Positions 40,254 through 49,136 of a stretch of DNA of 64,000 nucleotides are shown piece by piece (within the stretch, counting starts at the first letter, position 1; each line of letters opens with the position of its first letter). Position numbers and translations under genes: made by a program. The notes under the pieces are model-generated. The model worked only from the letters and a program-made list of their open reading frames with translations. It was not told the origin of the DNA and ran no database searches. The stretch comes from an uncultured Alphaproteobacteria bacterium (GTDB taxonomy: Bacteria; Pseudomonadota; Alphaproteobacteria; Rs-D84), in contig CAKQSE010000004.1 of assembly GCA_934272785.1 (NCBI GenBank), positions 10,634 through 74,633 on the forward strand, read 5' to 3'.

Positions 40254-40533
40254 TAGAGAGCAAAGCGCAGAGAGCAGAGAGCAATGGCGACACCCCGCAC
40301 GCTATCGCGTGCATCCCGGCTCCCCAGAGGGGAACATAGCCGGCAACAGGAACGTAGTAAGTTCTCCTCCTGTGGAGGAGTACCGCGTAGCGGGGAGGTG
40401 GTCTTTTTTTATACACATCATCGCGAGCTCTAAAGACCACCCCGTCCTAGCGGACACCCGGGAACTCGGGCCGCGACGGTAAAAACAAGTGCGCCATCGG
40501 CGCACGTCATTGCTCTCTGCACTCTGCTCTCTC
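40254..40533. repeat. mosaic palindromic repeat cluster (same module set as 27911-28790)
   Basis: TAGAGAGCAAAGCGCAGAGAGCAGAGAGCAATG (40254-40286) and its inverse CATTGCTCTCTGCACTCTGCTCTCTC (40508-40533) flank hairpins such as TCTCCTCCTGTGGAGGAG and GTGCGCCATCGGCGCAC. The segment 40287-40335 is the inverse of 27948-27973 with an 18-bp insertion. Confidence 0.85.
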
Positions 40534-40944
40534 TTACTTGCACCAGCCGGCGCGGTGGCCGCCACTGTATGGGCGGCCCAATTTTTCATTTACCAATATT
40601 TTCCCAACATCATGCCCCGACGTGTCCAATACCCGCGCATCAATTCGCCCCAGGTATTTATCGTCCTTGATTTCTTGCAATTCGGCCGTGGTCCCAACCG
40701 GCAGTAATTCCGCCAATCGTGCCTTGGCCGCAAACGCCGCACGAATTTCAGATTCGCACTCGCCATGGATTTCGGGCGTATCAACATTTATCAGACGAAC
40801 ACGCACCGTGATTTTTGTATCATCGGCCAATGCAACCCGCCCGGCGAACGTATCACCATCAATGATATAATCCACCACAACCGGCGTGGCATTTGCCACC
40901 CCAATAACAAACAAGGCAACAAAAAATGAAATTATTTTCCGCAT
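40534..40944 (-). CDS. secreted thermonuclease (SNase-like) family protein
   Basis: Signal peptide MRKIISFFVALFVIGVANA. Contains DGDTF...VRLINVDTPE...KYLGRIDA motifs. Confidence 0.75.
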   Translation of the reverse strand: MRKIISFFVALFVIGVANATPVVVDYIIDGDTFAGRVALADDTKITVRVRLINVDTPEIHGECESEIRAAFAAKARLAELLPVGTTAELQEIKDDKYLGRIDARVLDTSGHDVGKILVNEKLGRPYSGGHRAGWCK

Positions 40945-40971
40945 CTACTCTCTATGCTCTATTATCTATGC

Positions 40972-41001
40972 TCTAAAAATGCGCCATGTGGCGCATTTTT
41001 T
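40972..41001. terminator. bidirectional terminator downstream of tolB
   Basis: AAAAA-TGCGCCA-TG-TGGCGCA-TTTTTT (hairpin 40980-40995). Confidence 0.7.
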
Positions 41002-42316
41002 ACGGTAATTTTGGCGACCATGTTGGTTCAACACCGTTGACATTTTCCGGCAACTCAATGTCATATACATTTTGACCGGTTATATCAACACTGCGGATAT
41101 GGCTGATGCGTTCAATACCGTCCAGTGCCTTTTCTGTTTCATAATACACCACCCGACGCGAGCCTGGGGCCCAGGACGGGGCCTCCATATACCAGCCACC
41201 GGCCAGGATTTTTTCATTACGCCCCCGCGGATCCATAATGCCAATGTAAAATGTATCATCGGCCATTTTGGTGAACGCGATAAACTGGCCATCGGGCGAC
41301 CACGCCGGCGTCGCATACCGCCCCGCCCCATACGTCAGGCGCGTTGGTTCCAATGTATCCAAATCCATAATCCAGATTTGTTGATTGCCACTGCGATCTG
41401 AATTAAATACCATCTTTTTGCCGTCCGGGGAATACGATGGACTGGTATTCAACGAATGCCCGAACGTCAATTGGCGCAACCGCTTTGATTCAATATCGTA
41501 TTCATATATGTGCGTAATTCCATTTTTAACCAAGGACAACGCAACGCGCGACCCATCGGGCGAAAAGCGCGGTGCAAAATTCATCCCGCCAAATTGTCCC
41601 AAACGACGTTGCGCCCCAGTGTTCAAATCCAATGTCCAAACCATCGGGTCATCATTGCGGAATGACAAGAACACAACCGTTTGCATATTCGGCGAAAAAT
41701 GTGGCGACATAACAAACGTCTTGTCATCGGACAGATACCGCATTCCATATCCATCCTGGTCCATTATGGCCAGGCGTTTTGTGCGATTATGCACCGGCCC
41801 AGTTTCGGCAATAAATACGATTTGGGTATCGAAATAGCCAACCTCGCCCGTCAGGCGTTCATAAATCGCGTCGGCCATAATATGCGCCAGACGCCGTGCC
41901 GATTTCTTGGACGAAATCAGCGATTGTGCCTCTATCTGTTCTTTGCCGGCAACGTCCCAGACATAGAATTCCAATTTATATTGTCCGCCCGTCGTGACCA
42001 GTTTCGCCTGGACCAGCACCTGGGTCTTTATCGCCGCCCATAATTTAAAGTCCGGCATATCGCCCATTTTTACGTATTCTGGGAACGCGTCATGATTTGC
42101 AATACGAAACAGCCCCGTTGATTTTAAATCGCGCTCTACAACATCGCGTATCATTGCCGCATCCTTGGCCGATGCGTTACCGGCAACCTCGAACTTTTGG
42201 ACCGCGATTGAAATCGGCTCGGTCGCGCCCGCAATAATATCAACCTTTAATTCGGCACGTGCCGCGCCAACCGCCAGCGCACACGCAATAAATACAGATA
42301 ATATCTTTTTAAACAT
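41000..42316 (-). CDS. tolB: Tol-Pal system beta-propeller protein TolB
   Basis: ORF trimmed to ATG 42316 (MFKKILSVFIACALAVGAARA). TolB N-domain plus repeated SPDG propeller motifs (FSPDGSRV, YSPDGKKM, WSPDGQFI). Confidence 0.92.
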   Translation of the reverse strand: MFKKILSVFIACALAVGAARAELKVDIIAGATEPISIAVQKFEVAGNASAKDAAMIRDVVERDLKSTGLFRIANHDAFPEYVKMGDMPDFKLWAAIKTQVLVQAKLVTTGGQYKLEFYVWDVAGKEQIEAQSLISSKKSARRLAHIMADAIYERLTGEVGYFDTQIVFIAETGPVHNRTKRLAIMDQDGYGMRYLSDDKTFVMSPHFSPNMQTVVFLSFRNDDPMVWTLDLNTGAQRRLGQFGGMNFAPRFSPDGSRVALSLVKNGITHIYEYDIESKRLRQLTFGHSLNTSPSYSPDGKKMVFNSDRSGNQQIWIMDLDTLEPTRLTYGAGRYATPAWSPDGQFIAFTKMADDTFYIGIMDPRGRNEKILAGGWYMEAPSWAPGSRRVVYYETEKALDGIERISHIRSVDITGQNVYDIELPENVNGVEPTWSPKLP

Positions 42317-42472
42317 AATAAAAATTCCTTTCCATAAATACGCGTTTAATTTTACACACAAGAATCACAAAAATCAAACATCTATTATCCGCAACCCGCT
42401 TTATCCACCAACCATACAAACGCCCACACGCCAGTCATTACAGCAGTAATTACACCAGCCATCACATTTGTA

Positions 42473-42500
42473 TTGACAAACGTCAACACAATGTTATAGT
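42473..42500 (+). promoter_or_regulatory. candidate sigma70 promoter, followed by a 9-bp direct-repeat putative operator, for the RHH gene
   Basis: TTGACA (42473-42478), 16-nt spacer, TATAGT (42495-42500). CGTTAGTAT occurs twice (42513-42521 and 42525-42533), followed by an AGGAG RBS. Confidence 0.45.
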
Positions 42501-42545
42501 CACTTGTAAAGACGTTAGTATTGCCGTTAGTATAGGAGTTCGTAT

Positions 42546-42770
42546 ATGCCAAACGTTATGCAGCAATTGTTCATCATGAACATAGAATCACTGCTGCGTG
42601 AATATGCCGCGTATCGCGCGTTTAACAAATCAGATTGCGTTATAAATATGCGAATCCCGCGCCCTATTCTGGACCGGATTAAACAGCTGGCCGAACAGCA
42701 ACACGTCCCATATCAATCCCTGATATCGTCGGTATTATTTTCACTGGCCAATATCGAAGAACAAAAATAA
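42546..42770 (+). CDS. BrnA-like CopG/ribbon-helix-helix antitoxin-family protein (no adjacent toxin)
   Basis: 74 aa. INMRIPRPILDRIKQLAEQQHVPYQSLISSVL matches the BrnA pattern (RLP..LL..LK..A....VPYQSLIK). Confidence 0.55.
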   Translation: MPNVMQQLFIMNIESLLREYAAYRAFNKSDCVINMRIPRPILDRIKQLAEQQHVPYQSLISSVLFSLANIEEQK

Positions 42771-42830
42771 ACAAAACATAAAAACAGGCGACCATTCGGC
42801 CACCTGTTTTAATTTTATATCGTGATGGAT

Positions 42831-43187
42831 TTACCACCGACCAGTAATATCACACCCCAGCCTTCCTCCCTCACCAGCCGCACTCATCAAGAACGACAAG
42901 ATTATACCGATACCAAACAGCATAATAAAGCCGACCATCATACCAATACCCTTGTCTTTCAGATCATCCTTTTTCACTTCACCCTTAGAGATATAACCCC
43001 ACGCCCATCCGGCGATAACAAACGCCGCACCAACAAATGCCAATGTGCGCAACGTCCCAAATACGCCCTTCATTTGATTAATCAACGCACACAATCCTTC
43101 GTTTCCGCCTGCACCGGCCGCAAATGCCGGCATGGATGCCATAACACCAATCAGTGCGAAATTAAATTTTTTCAACATTTTTTTCAT
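42831..43187 (-). CDS. virB2: TrbC/VirB2-like type IV secretion pilin (orphan)
   Basis: ORF trimmed to ATG 43187 (AAAGGGGA RBS). It has a long signal peptide MKKMLKKFNFALIGVMASMPAFA and two hydrophobic helices (LRTLAFVGAAFVIAGWAWGY, IGMMVGFIMLFGIGIILSFL). Size is 118 aa. Confidence 0.5.
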   Translation of the reverse strand: MKKMLKKFNFALIGVMASMPAFAAGAGGNEGLCALINQMKGVFGTLRTLAFVGAAFVIAGWAWGYISKGEVKKDDLKDKGIGMMVGFIMLFGIGIILSFLMSAAGEGGRLGCDITGRW

Positions 43188-43285
43188 ATGAATCCCCTTT
43201 GTTTCCTTTGATACGCTAATTTTATCATAATTCGCCCCCCCTTTCAAATATAAAAAATACGCATGGCAACCCGCCACACGTATTA

Positions 43286-43579
43286 TCTGAACTCCGCACT
43301 CCGTAAAAAAACCGCAATTGTTCGGACATGGCTCGCATACGCTCGCACTGCATAGACCCTATTCCTGCCTTTGCCCACCCACAAAATCTTGCGATTTTGC
43401 GGGGCCCGGAGCAGGAATGAATCCAAGCGAAGCGCAGGATGCGGCAAGGACGCAGTCCGCAAGCGACACATGAATAGTTTTCTATTCTAAAACTATATCA
43501 CTTTATCACTCTATCACTTGCGCGCCATTGGCGCGCTTCATTGCTCTCTGCACTCTGAACTCCGCACTCTGTAAAAAAA
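43286..43579. repeat. mosaic repeat element bounded by about 24-bp direct repeats
   Basis: TCTGAACTCCGCACTC(C/T)GTAAAAAAA occurs at 43286-43310 and 43554-43579. The interior is built from modules also present at 28059-28115, 28178-28235 (inverted), 28645-28701 and 28727-28773. Confidence 0.85.
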
Positions 43580-43600
43580 ACGCGCCGGTGGCGCGTTATT
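43571..43600 (-). terminator. Rho-independent terminator after the 43601 lipoprotein gene
   Basis: CGCGCC-GGT-GGCGCG (43581-43595), followed on the minus strand by an 8-T run. Confidence 0.7.
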
Positions 43601-43960
43601 TTACTGGGAAACAATCACATAGCGACGTTTCAAAACCGGCTGGTTACATGTCTTGCAACCACATGACGGGGCGTCTGTAACCTCGCGCGCGGCAGGAACA
43701 ATCACCTGGCGATCATGACGTGGGGCCTGGCCCAGGTTATCACGCGCATACAAATCGCTGCAGCGTGTGTTGCGATAAACAATCTTTTTGCCATTGTTCA
43801 TATCATAAATGTCGTTGCTGAAATGATGGCCATTTTCACCCATCGTGTAAATGCAATCTTCGCCATCCTGGGTATAACGAATGCCACCCTTGTAATAATC
43901 ATAGCTGCTGCACGCCGCCAATGCCGACAACGCCAAAACAGAAACCAAAACTTTTTTCAT
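43601..43960 (-). CDS. Cys-rich lipoprotein, unknown function
   Basis: Lipobox MKKVLVSVLALSALAAC. 119 aa with 7 Cys. No family recognised. Confidence 0.6.
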   Translation of the reverse strand: MKKVLVSVLALSALAACSSYDYYKGGIRYTQDGEDCIYTMGENGHHFSNDIYDMNNGKKIVYRNTRCSDLYARDNLGQAPRHDRQVIVPAAREVTDAPSCGCKTCNQPVLKRRYVIVSQ

Positions 43961-44118
43961 GCTGCACCCTTTACGGTTTTTAATCTGCGCTCTCTGTCCT
44001 GCCCCCGATTCGTAATCTTATTGTTGCACAAAATCGCCCGTTGTCAAGTTTTGTTGTAAAATTTCCACGGGCACCCCAGTCACAAATATGGTATAATCAC
44101 CGCAAAAGGAATAGCACC

Positions 44119-45063
44119 ATGAAATATTATGAATTTGGTTTAACAAATACTCGGGCAATATTTGCCGACGCAATTCGTCGCCACTATGCGGTGCCGGCAT
44201 TTAATTTCTATAATATGGAAACATTACAGGCAATTTTATCCGCCGCCCGCGACGCGCACAGCCCGGTCATACTGGCCGTGTCGGAATCCGCACTGAAATA
44301 CATGGGTGGCGATTTGCTGATGGGTATGATACGCGGCGCAAATATCCGCCCGACCGAACGCATAACACTGCACCTGGATCACGGGGCCAGTTTTGACGCA
44401 TGCCGCACGGCACTGGAATTGGGATTTTCATCCGTCATGATTGACGCCAGCAAATTGCCATTTAACGAAAACGTGGAACTGTCGCGTCGCGTTGCCGAAT
44501 TGGCCCACCAATATGATGCCTCGGTCGAGGCGGAATTAGGCACCATATCCGGAATCGAAGATGAAAATACATTTTCCGACCATTCCAGTTATACCGACCC
44601 CAACGATGTAATAAAATTTGTGAACGCAACTGGGATTGATTCACTGGCCATCGCCATCGGGACCAGCCACGGCGCATACAAACGCAAAAACGAAAACGAG
44701 AAACTGCGCCTGGACATATTGGACGAAATCGCCAAACAATTGCCTGAATTTCCACTGGTCTTGCACGGCGCAAGCAGTATTCCACAACACTTTGTCAAAA
44801 CCATAAATGAATTTGGTGGGGCACTGCCCGGGGCATTGGGGATTGACCCGCAACAACTGCGCGCGGCGACCGAAATGAATATTTGCAAAATAAACGTGGA
44901 CAGCGATTCCCGCCTGGCATTCACCGCGGGCGTTCGCGCAACACTGGGCCAACACCCCGAAATGTTTAACCCACGCGATTTCCTGAAATCCGCCCGCCAA
45001 AACATCTATGACAACTGCATAGATGAAATCAAACACATCATGGGATCGGATAACAAATTATAA
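44119..45063 (+). CDS. fba: class II fructose-1,6-bisphosphate aldolase
   Basis: ORF trimmed to ATG 44119. Motifs YAVPAFNFYNMETLQAIL, LHLDHG and LVLHGASSI. Confidence 0.88.
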   Translation: MKYYEFGLTNTRAIFADAIRRHYAVPAFNFYNMETLQAILSAARDAHSPVILAVSESALKYMGGDLLMGMIRGANIRPTERITLHLDHGASFDACRTALELGFSSVMIDASKLPFNENVELSRRVAELAHQYDASVEAELGTISGIEDENTFSDHSSYTDPNDVIKFVNATGIDSLAIAIGTSHGAYKRKNENEKLRLDILDEIAKQLPEFPLVLHGASSIPQHFVKTINEFGGALPGALGIDPQQLRAATEMNICKINVDSDSRLAFTAGVRATLGQHPEMFNPRDFLKSARQNIYDNCIDEIKHIMGSDNKL

Positions 45064-45072
45064 AGGCACAAA

Positions 45073-46338
45073 ATGGAATTCGCGCCACACATACATAAAT
45101 TATCAAATGGTCTGAATGTTATTCTGGACGATTTTGATATCGCAACCGCATGCGTCGAAATCGCAATACACTCTGGGGCCACGGACGAATCCGACGCATC
45201 AGAATTCGGCATAACGCACTTTGTTGAACACATGCTGTCCAAGGGAACGCACCAACACCCGGACACCATGGACAACACAACCAATATTCCCATATCAATT
45301 GGCGGCGTGCGCAATGCCGGAACAACATACGACAAGATGTGTTTGTTTGGGCGCGTGCTGGCCGAAAATCTGGATAAACTGCTGGGGCTGTTTTCAGAAC
45401 AGTTGCGCAATTCCCTGTTTGACCCGCACAAGATTGAAATTGAACGCGGCGTAATTCTGGACGAATACAGACGCAAAATGATGGACAGCGCGGCCGCGTT
45501 TAGCGTATTTTCCAATGAAAAATTATTTGGCGCACATAATATTCTGGGGACCCCAGATACAATTAAATCATTTTCGCGCGAACAATTGATGAATTACTTT
45601 CATAAAATCTTGTCTGCGCAAAATATGACAATTTGTATATCGGGCAAAATTACCGACCCAGAAAAAACATTACAAAAACTGGAACAATTGTTCGGGTGGA
45701 TTCCGTCATTTCCGGTGCCGCACACACAACAAAAAATTACGCAAGTATTTGCACACAACACAAAAAACAATCAGGCAAACATCCAACTGCGCATTGCATT
45801 TGAAAATAGAATCCCAAATGATTTAGAACATAGAGCCCAAACGCTGGCCGCCAACAGATTCATTTTTTTATTTGGTAAAAAACTGCACGAAATTATTCGC
45901 AACAAACAGGGGCTGGCATACGGCATATCCGCCACACATTTTGGCAACGCATGCGTATATGCGAACACCATAAACACATCAACCGGCCCACAAAATATTG
46001 ACACGGTAATTGCAACAATTGCGCGCGAATGCGCCAGCGCACAACAGAACCCCGAAATTACCGATGACGATGTTGCGCGGATGCGCATGCTGATGAAATT
46101 ACAATTTGCCGACATTATGGAATCGGCGTCAAAACGTTGCGGGAAATTGATGGAACACTGGCATCAATATGGCGCACTTTACGACCTGGTGGGCGAAATG
46201 CAAATCAGTGGGAAAACAACCGCATCTGACATCACCCGTGCCACAAAAAATTTCTTTACCAAACCAGTATCCATCCTGACCCAGGGCCCAGATGTAAATT
46301 CTGGTTTACAAAAAATCTGGAACGATAATTTCAAATAA
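45073..46338 (+). CDS. M16-family zinc peptidase (pitrilysin-like)
   Basis: 421 aa with the inverted zincin motif HFVEH (GITHFVEHMLSKG). Confidence 0.8.
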   Translation: MEFAPHIHKLSNGLNVILDDFDIATACVEIAIHSGATDESDASEFGITHFVEHMLSKGTHQHPDTMDNTTNIPISIGGVRNAGTTYDKMCLFGRVLAENLDKLLGLFSEQLRNSLFDPHKIEIERGVILDEYRRKMMDSAAAFSVFSNEKLFGAHNILGTPDTIKSFSREQLMNYFHKILSAQNMTICISGKITDPEKTLQKLEQLFGWIPSFPVPHTQQKITQVFAHNTKNNQANIQLRIAFENRIPNDLEHRAQTLAANRFIFLFGKKLHEIIRNKQGLAYGISATHFGNACVYANTINTSTGPQNIDTVIATIARECASAQQNPEITDDDVARMRMLMKLQFADIMESASKRCGKLMEHWHQYGALYDLVGEMQISGKTTASDITRATKNFFTKPVSILTQGPDVNSGLQKIWNDNFK

Positions 46339-46370
46339 AAACACGCGCCATTTGGCGCGTGTATTCTTAT
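46337..46370 (+). terminator. Rho-independent terminator after the M16 peptidase gene
   Basis: ACACGCGCCA-TTT-GGCGCGTGT (46341-46362) with a weak T tract. Confidence 0.5.
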
Positions 46371-46372
46371 AT

Positions 46373-46578
46373 ACAAATAAATTAGAACGGTGCAGATGGT
46401 GGGTGTGACGAAGGCGAAGTGTATTAAACATACACGAGCCGCCGCCACGCCCGCCAGATGGCGTCCACTTATAAATAAATTAGAACGGTGCAGATGTGCG
46501 TAGTGTGGATTGCGAAGTGTACACGACGTACACGAACAAAACACACCGCGCACAGATGTGCCGTTATAATTTATTTGG
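46373..46578. repeat. local 98-bp tandem repeat (2 copies) plus a partially inverted third copy overlapping the efp stop
   Basis: AAATAAATTAGAACGGTGCAGATG occurs at 46375-46398 and 46473-46496. The following segments share GCGAAGTGTA...ACACGA. CACAGATGTGCCGTTATAATTTATTTGG at 46551-46578 carries the inverted arms. Confidence 0.8.
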
Positions 46579-47140
46579 CGCGTTCAACATATTCCAGGGT
46601 TTCAGTATTAACCACGATTTTCTCGCCGGCTTCGACAAACAATGGAACCTGGACGCGAATACCGTTGTCCAAAACGGCCGGTTTGCCACCACTGCTGGAT
46701 GCGGTCTGGCCCTTTAACGCCGGTTCGGTTTCTTCGACCGTGGCGATAACTGTTTTCGGCAGCGATATTGATACAGGCTTGCCTTCGACAAAGTTCGCCT
46801 TGACGTTCATTTCTGGGGCCAAGAATTTCATCTGTTCGCCCAGTGATTCAACCGGCATTGTGAACTGTTCATAATCAGACAGGTTCATAAAGAACGCGTC
46901 TGTGCCATCAGAATACAAATACTGGCATTCAAAATCTTCGACCATCAGTTTTTCAACCTTGTCTTCGGCACGCCAGCGATCGCCGCCCTTGTTGCCAGAA
47001 TCAATGTCACGCAAATCCGCCTGGACGAACGCGCCACCCTTGCCTGGTTTAACCTTTGTAATCGATGTAACAGAATAACGGCGGCCATTGTGCGAAATCA
47101 CCCAACCCACGCGCATATCATTTGCAATATATGATGCCAT
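46571..47140 (-). CDS. efp: elongation factor P
   Basis: 189 aa. MASYIANDMRVGWVI...KPGKGGAFVQ has the conserved loop Lys. Confidence 0.93.
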   Translation of the reverse strand: MASYIANDMRVGWVISHNGRRYSVTSITKVKPGKGGAFVQADLRDIDSGNKGGDRWRAEDKVEKLMVEDFECQYLYSDGTDAFFMNLSDYEQFTMPVESLGEQMKFLAPEMNVKANFVEGKPVSISLPKTVIATVEETEPALKGQTASSSGGKPAVLDNGIRVQVPLFVEAGEKIVVNTETLEYVERAK

Positions 47141-47203
47141 TGTTTTACCTCTTTGATTTTTGTGTATGAATTATAAAAACGCGACCGCCACTATGCAAGG
47201 CTT

Positions 47204-47752
47204 TTATTGCGCGGTACGCTTGTGCGCCCAGTAACGGTCGATACTGTCCATAATTAGTTTGTCGGCCGCGTCACGATCCGCCCAACCAGACACCTTGGAC
47301 CAAGAATTTGGTTGCAAATCCTTGTAGTGCTGGAAAAAGTATTCAATTTTTGAACGCAGAATTTCCGGCAATTGTTCAATGTATTCCGTGGTGGTGTAAT
47401 ATGGATCAATCCGGTCCAGCGGGACGCAGATGATTTTTTCGTCGCCGCCCGCCTGGTCTTCCATAATCAGGGCACCGATGGGCCGCACCTCTATCAAAAC
47501 ACCGGGACGCAGTGGCGCATTGCAAACAACCACACAATCCAACGGGTCGCCATCATCGCCCAATGTGCCCGGAAAATATCCATAGTTCGCCGGATACGCC
47601 ATTGGCGCGTGCAAAATTCTGTCCACGCGGGGCAGTCCGGTTTCTTTATCAATTTCGTATTTTACAAATCCATTTTCTGGAACCTCTATAATTGCGTTCA
47701 TCTTCTTTGGGGGTAATTTCCCCGGCGCAATTTCTGATATTGTCATATTCAT
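47204..47752 (-). CDS. ppa: inorganic pyrophosphatase (family I)
   Basis: Motifs NAIIEVPENGFVKYE, YPANYGYFPGTLGDDGDPLDCVVV. The start is ATG 47752 or 47746 rather than the ORF-track 47800. Confidence 0.9.
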   Translation of the reverse strand: MNMTISEIAPGKLPPKKMNAIIEVPENGFVKYEIDKETGLPRVDRILHAPMAYPANYGYFPGTLGDDGDPLDCVVVCNAPLRPGVLIEVRPIGALIMEDQAGGDEKIICVPLDRIDPYYTTTEYIEQLPEILRSKIEYFFQHYKDLQPNSWSKVSGWADRDAADKLIMDSIDRYWAHKRTAQ

Positions 47753-47812
47753 CCTTTTTCTAAAGCCGGCCAATTCTACCAGAAAAAAACACCATTGCAA
47801 ACGAATCGGCCA

Positions 47813-47841
47813 ATAAAAAAACGCCCCATCGGGGCGTTTCG
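47813..47841 (-). terminator. Rho-independent terminator after dnaN
   Basis: ACGCCCC-ATC-GGGGCGT, followed on the minus strand by TTTTTTT. Confidence 0.7.
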
Positions 47842-47851
47842 GAATACGTTC

Positions 47852-48970
47852 TTACATTCTCATCGGCATCAAGATAAACAACGCATCTGTGTTTTTATCA
47901 GTAGATTTGATGATTGTCGGTGATAATGGATCCTGCATTTCCATCTGGAATTTTTCGCCCTCGACCTGGCCGGCGACATCCATCAAGAATTTCACATTAA
48001 ACGTAACCGTGAACGATGTATCACCATTGTATTCAATATCCAATTCCTGGGTTGCGGTTCCGGCATCCGGACTGGACGCGTTCACAACCAGTTTGTTCAT
48101 AGAATATGTCAACTGGACCGATTTTGTTTTATCAACACTGGCCACCGATACCAGGTCGACCGCGTTCAAGAATTGTTTTCTGTCCAAAATGGCAATCTTG
48201 TCGTTCCCCTTGGGGATAACAACGCGATAGTTTGGATACTGGGCATCAACCAATTTGCTGGTCAAAATTGCGGCACCAACAGTAAAGCGCGCCTTGGTAT
48301 CAGACAATTCAACCGTTACATCATCAACGGTCGCATCTTCCAGCAACTTGGACAATTCGCCAATCACGCGACGTGGCAAAATCACCGCTGGCATTTCTGC
48401 ACTGCCCGCGGGGGCCGGCATCGCGCACAAGGCCATACGCTGGGCATCGGTTGCAACCGCGGTCAGCATTTTTTCTTTGCCCTCGTCCGAGATATGGAAA
48501 TAAATACCGCCCAAGTGATAACGGACATCGTCGGTCGGAATTGCAAACTTGGTCTGGTTTATCAGGTGCGCCAAATCGCCCGTTGTCATCTGGAATTTTG
48601 TGGTCAGATTGCTGCCCGCCATGGCCGGGAAATTTTCCGCCGGCAATGTTGGCAAACGGAACACCGCGCGTCCACTGGACACAACCAATTGGTCACCCGC
48701 CTGTTTAAATGTGATTTCGGCGTCATCTGGCAATTTACGAACGATATCATACAACATCTGGACCGGGACAGTTGTTTTCCCGCCCAACGTAATATCAGCC
48801 GCCACATGTTCAACCAATTCCAAATCAACATTTGTCGCCGACAAGATTAAATCATCAGCAACCTCTAATTTAACATTCATCAATATCGGCAATGTCGCGC
48901 GCTTTTCCACGATGGACTGCATATGTCCCAGCGCACGTATTAAAACCTGACGAAATACCGAAAATTCCAT
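47852..48970 (-). CDS. dnaN: DNA polymerase III beta sliding clamp
   Basis: ORF trimmed to ATG 48970 (AGGAG RBS). MEFSVFRQVLIRALGHMQSIVEKRATLPILMNVKL... and a C-terminal LMPMRM. Confidence 0.93.
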   Translation of the reverse strand: MEFSVFRQVLIRALGHMQSIVEKRATLPILMNVKLEVADDLILSATNVDLELVEHVAADITLGGKTTVPVQMLYDIVRKLPDDAEITFKQAGDQLVVSSGRAVFRLPTLPAENFPAMAGSNLTTKFQMTTGDLAHLINQTKFAIPTDDVRYHLGGIYFHISDEGKEKMLTAVATDAQRMALCAMPAPAGSAEMPAVILPRRVIGELSKLLEDATVDDVTVELSDTKARFTVGAAILTSKLVDAQYPNYRVVIPKGNDKIAILDRKQFLNAVDLVSVASVDKTKSVQLTYSMNKLVVNASSPDAGTATQELDIEYNGDTSFTVTFNVKFLMDVAGQVEGEKFQMEMQDPLSPTIIKSTDKNTDALFILMPMRM

Positions 48971-49136
48971 TATTTTGCTCCTAAGATATTTATGGTTTCC
49001 CACATTCTTTTATCTGATTTTACCAAAAAATGCCGATTCGGTGCAAGAGCAAATACGCCACGCGACGCCGACACATCGTAAAAAATTAAAAACCGGCCAT
49101 CATTTGATGACCGGCGAGAGTAATTACGAACGTAAT

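Noticed and set aside
42408-42418. TTATCCACC, a near-consensus DnaA box upstream of tolB, as an origin marker
   Set aside because: It is a single isolated match with one mismatch, in an ordinary promoter region, with no cluster or AT-rich unwinding element.
46373-46578. Possible minimal CRISPR array (a repeated unit of about 24 nt with regular spacing)
   Set aside because: There are only two direct copies plus one partly inverted copy. The 'spacers' (about 74 nt) are themselves related to each other, and there are no cas genes or leader. It is better described as a local tandem or inverted repeat.
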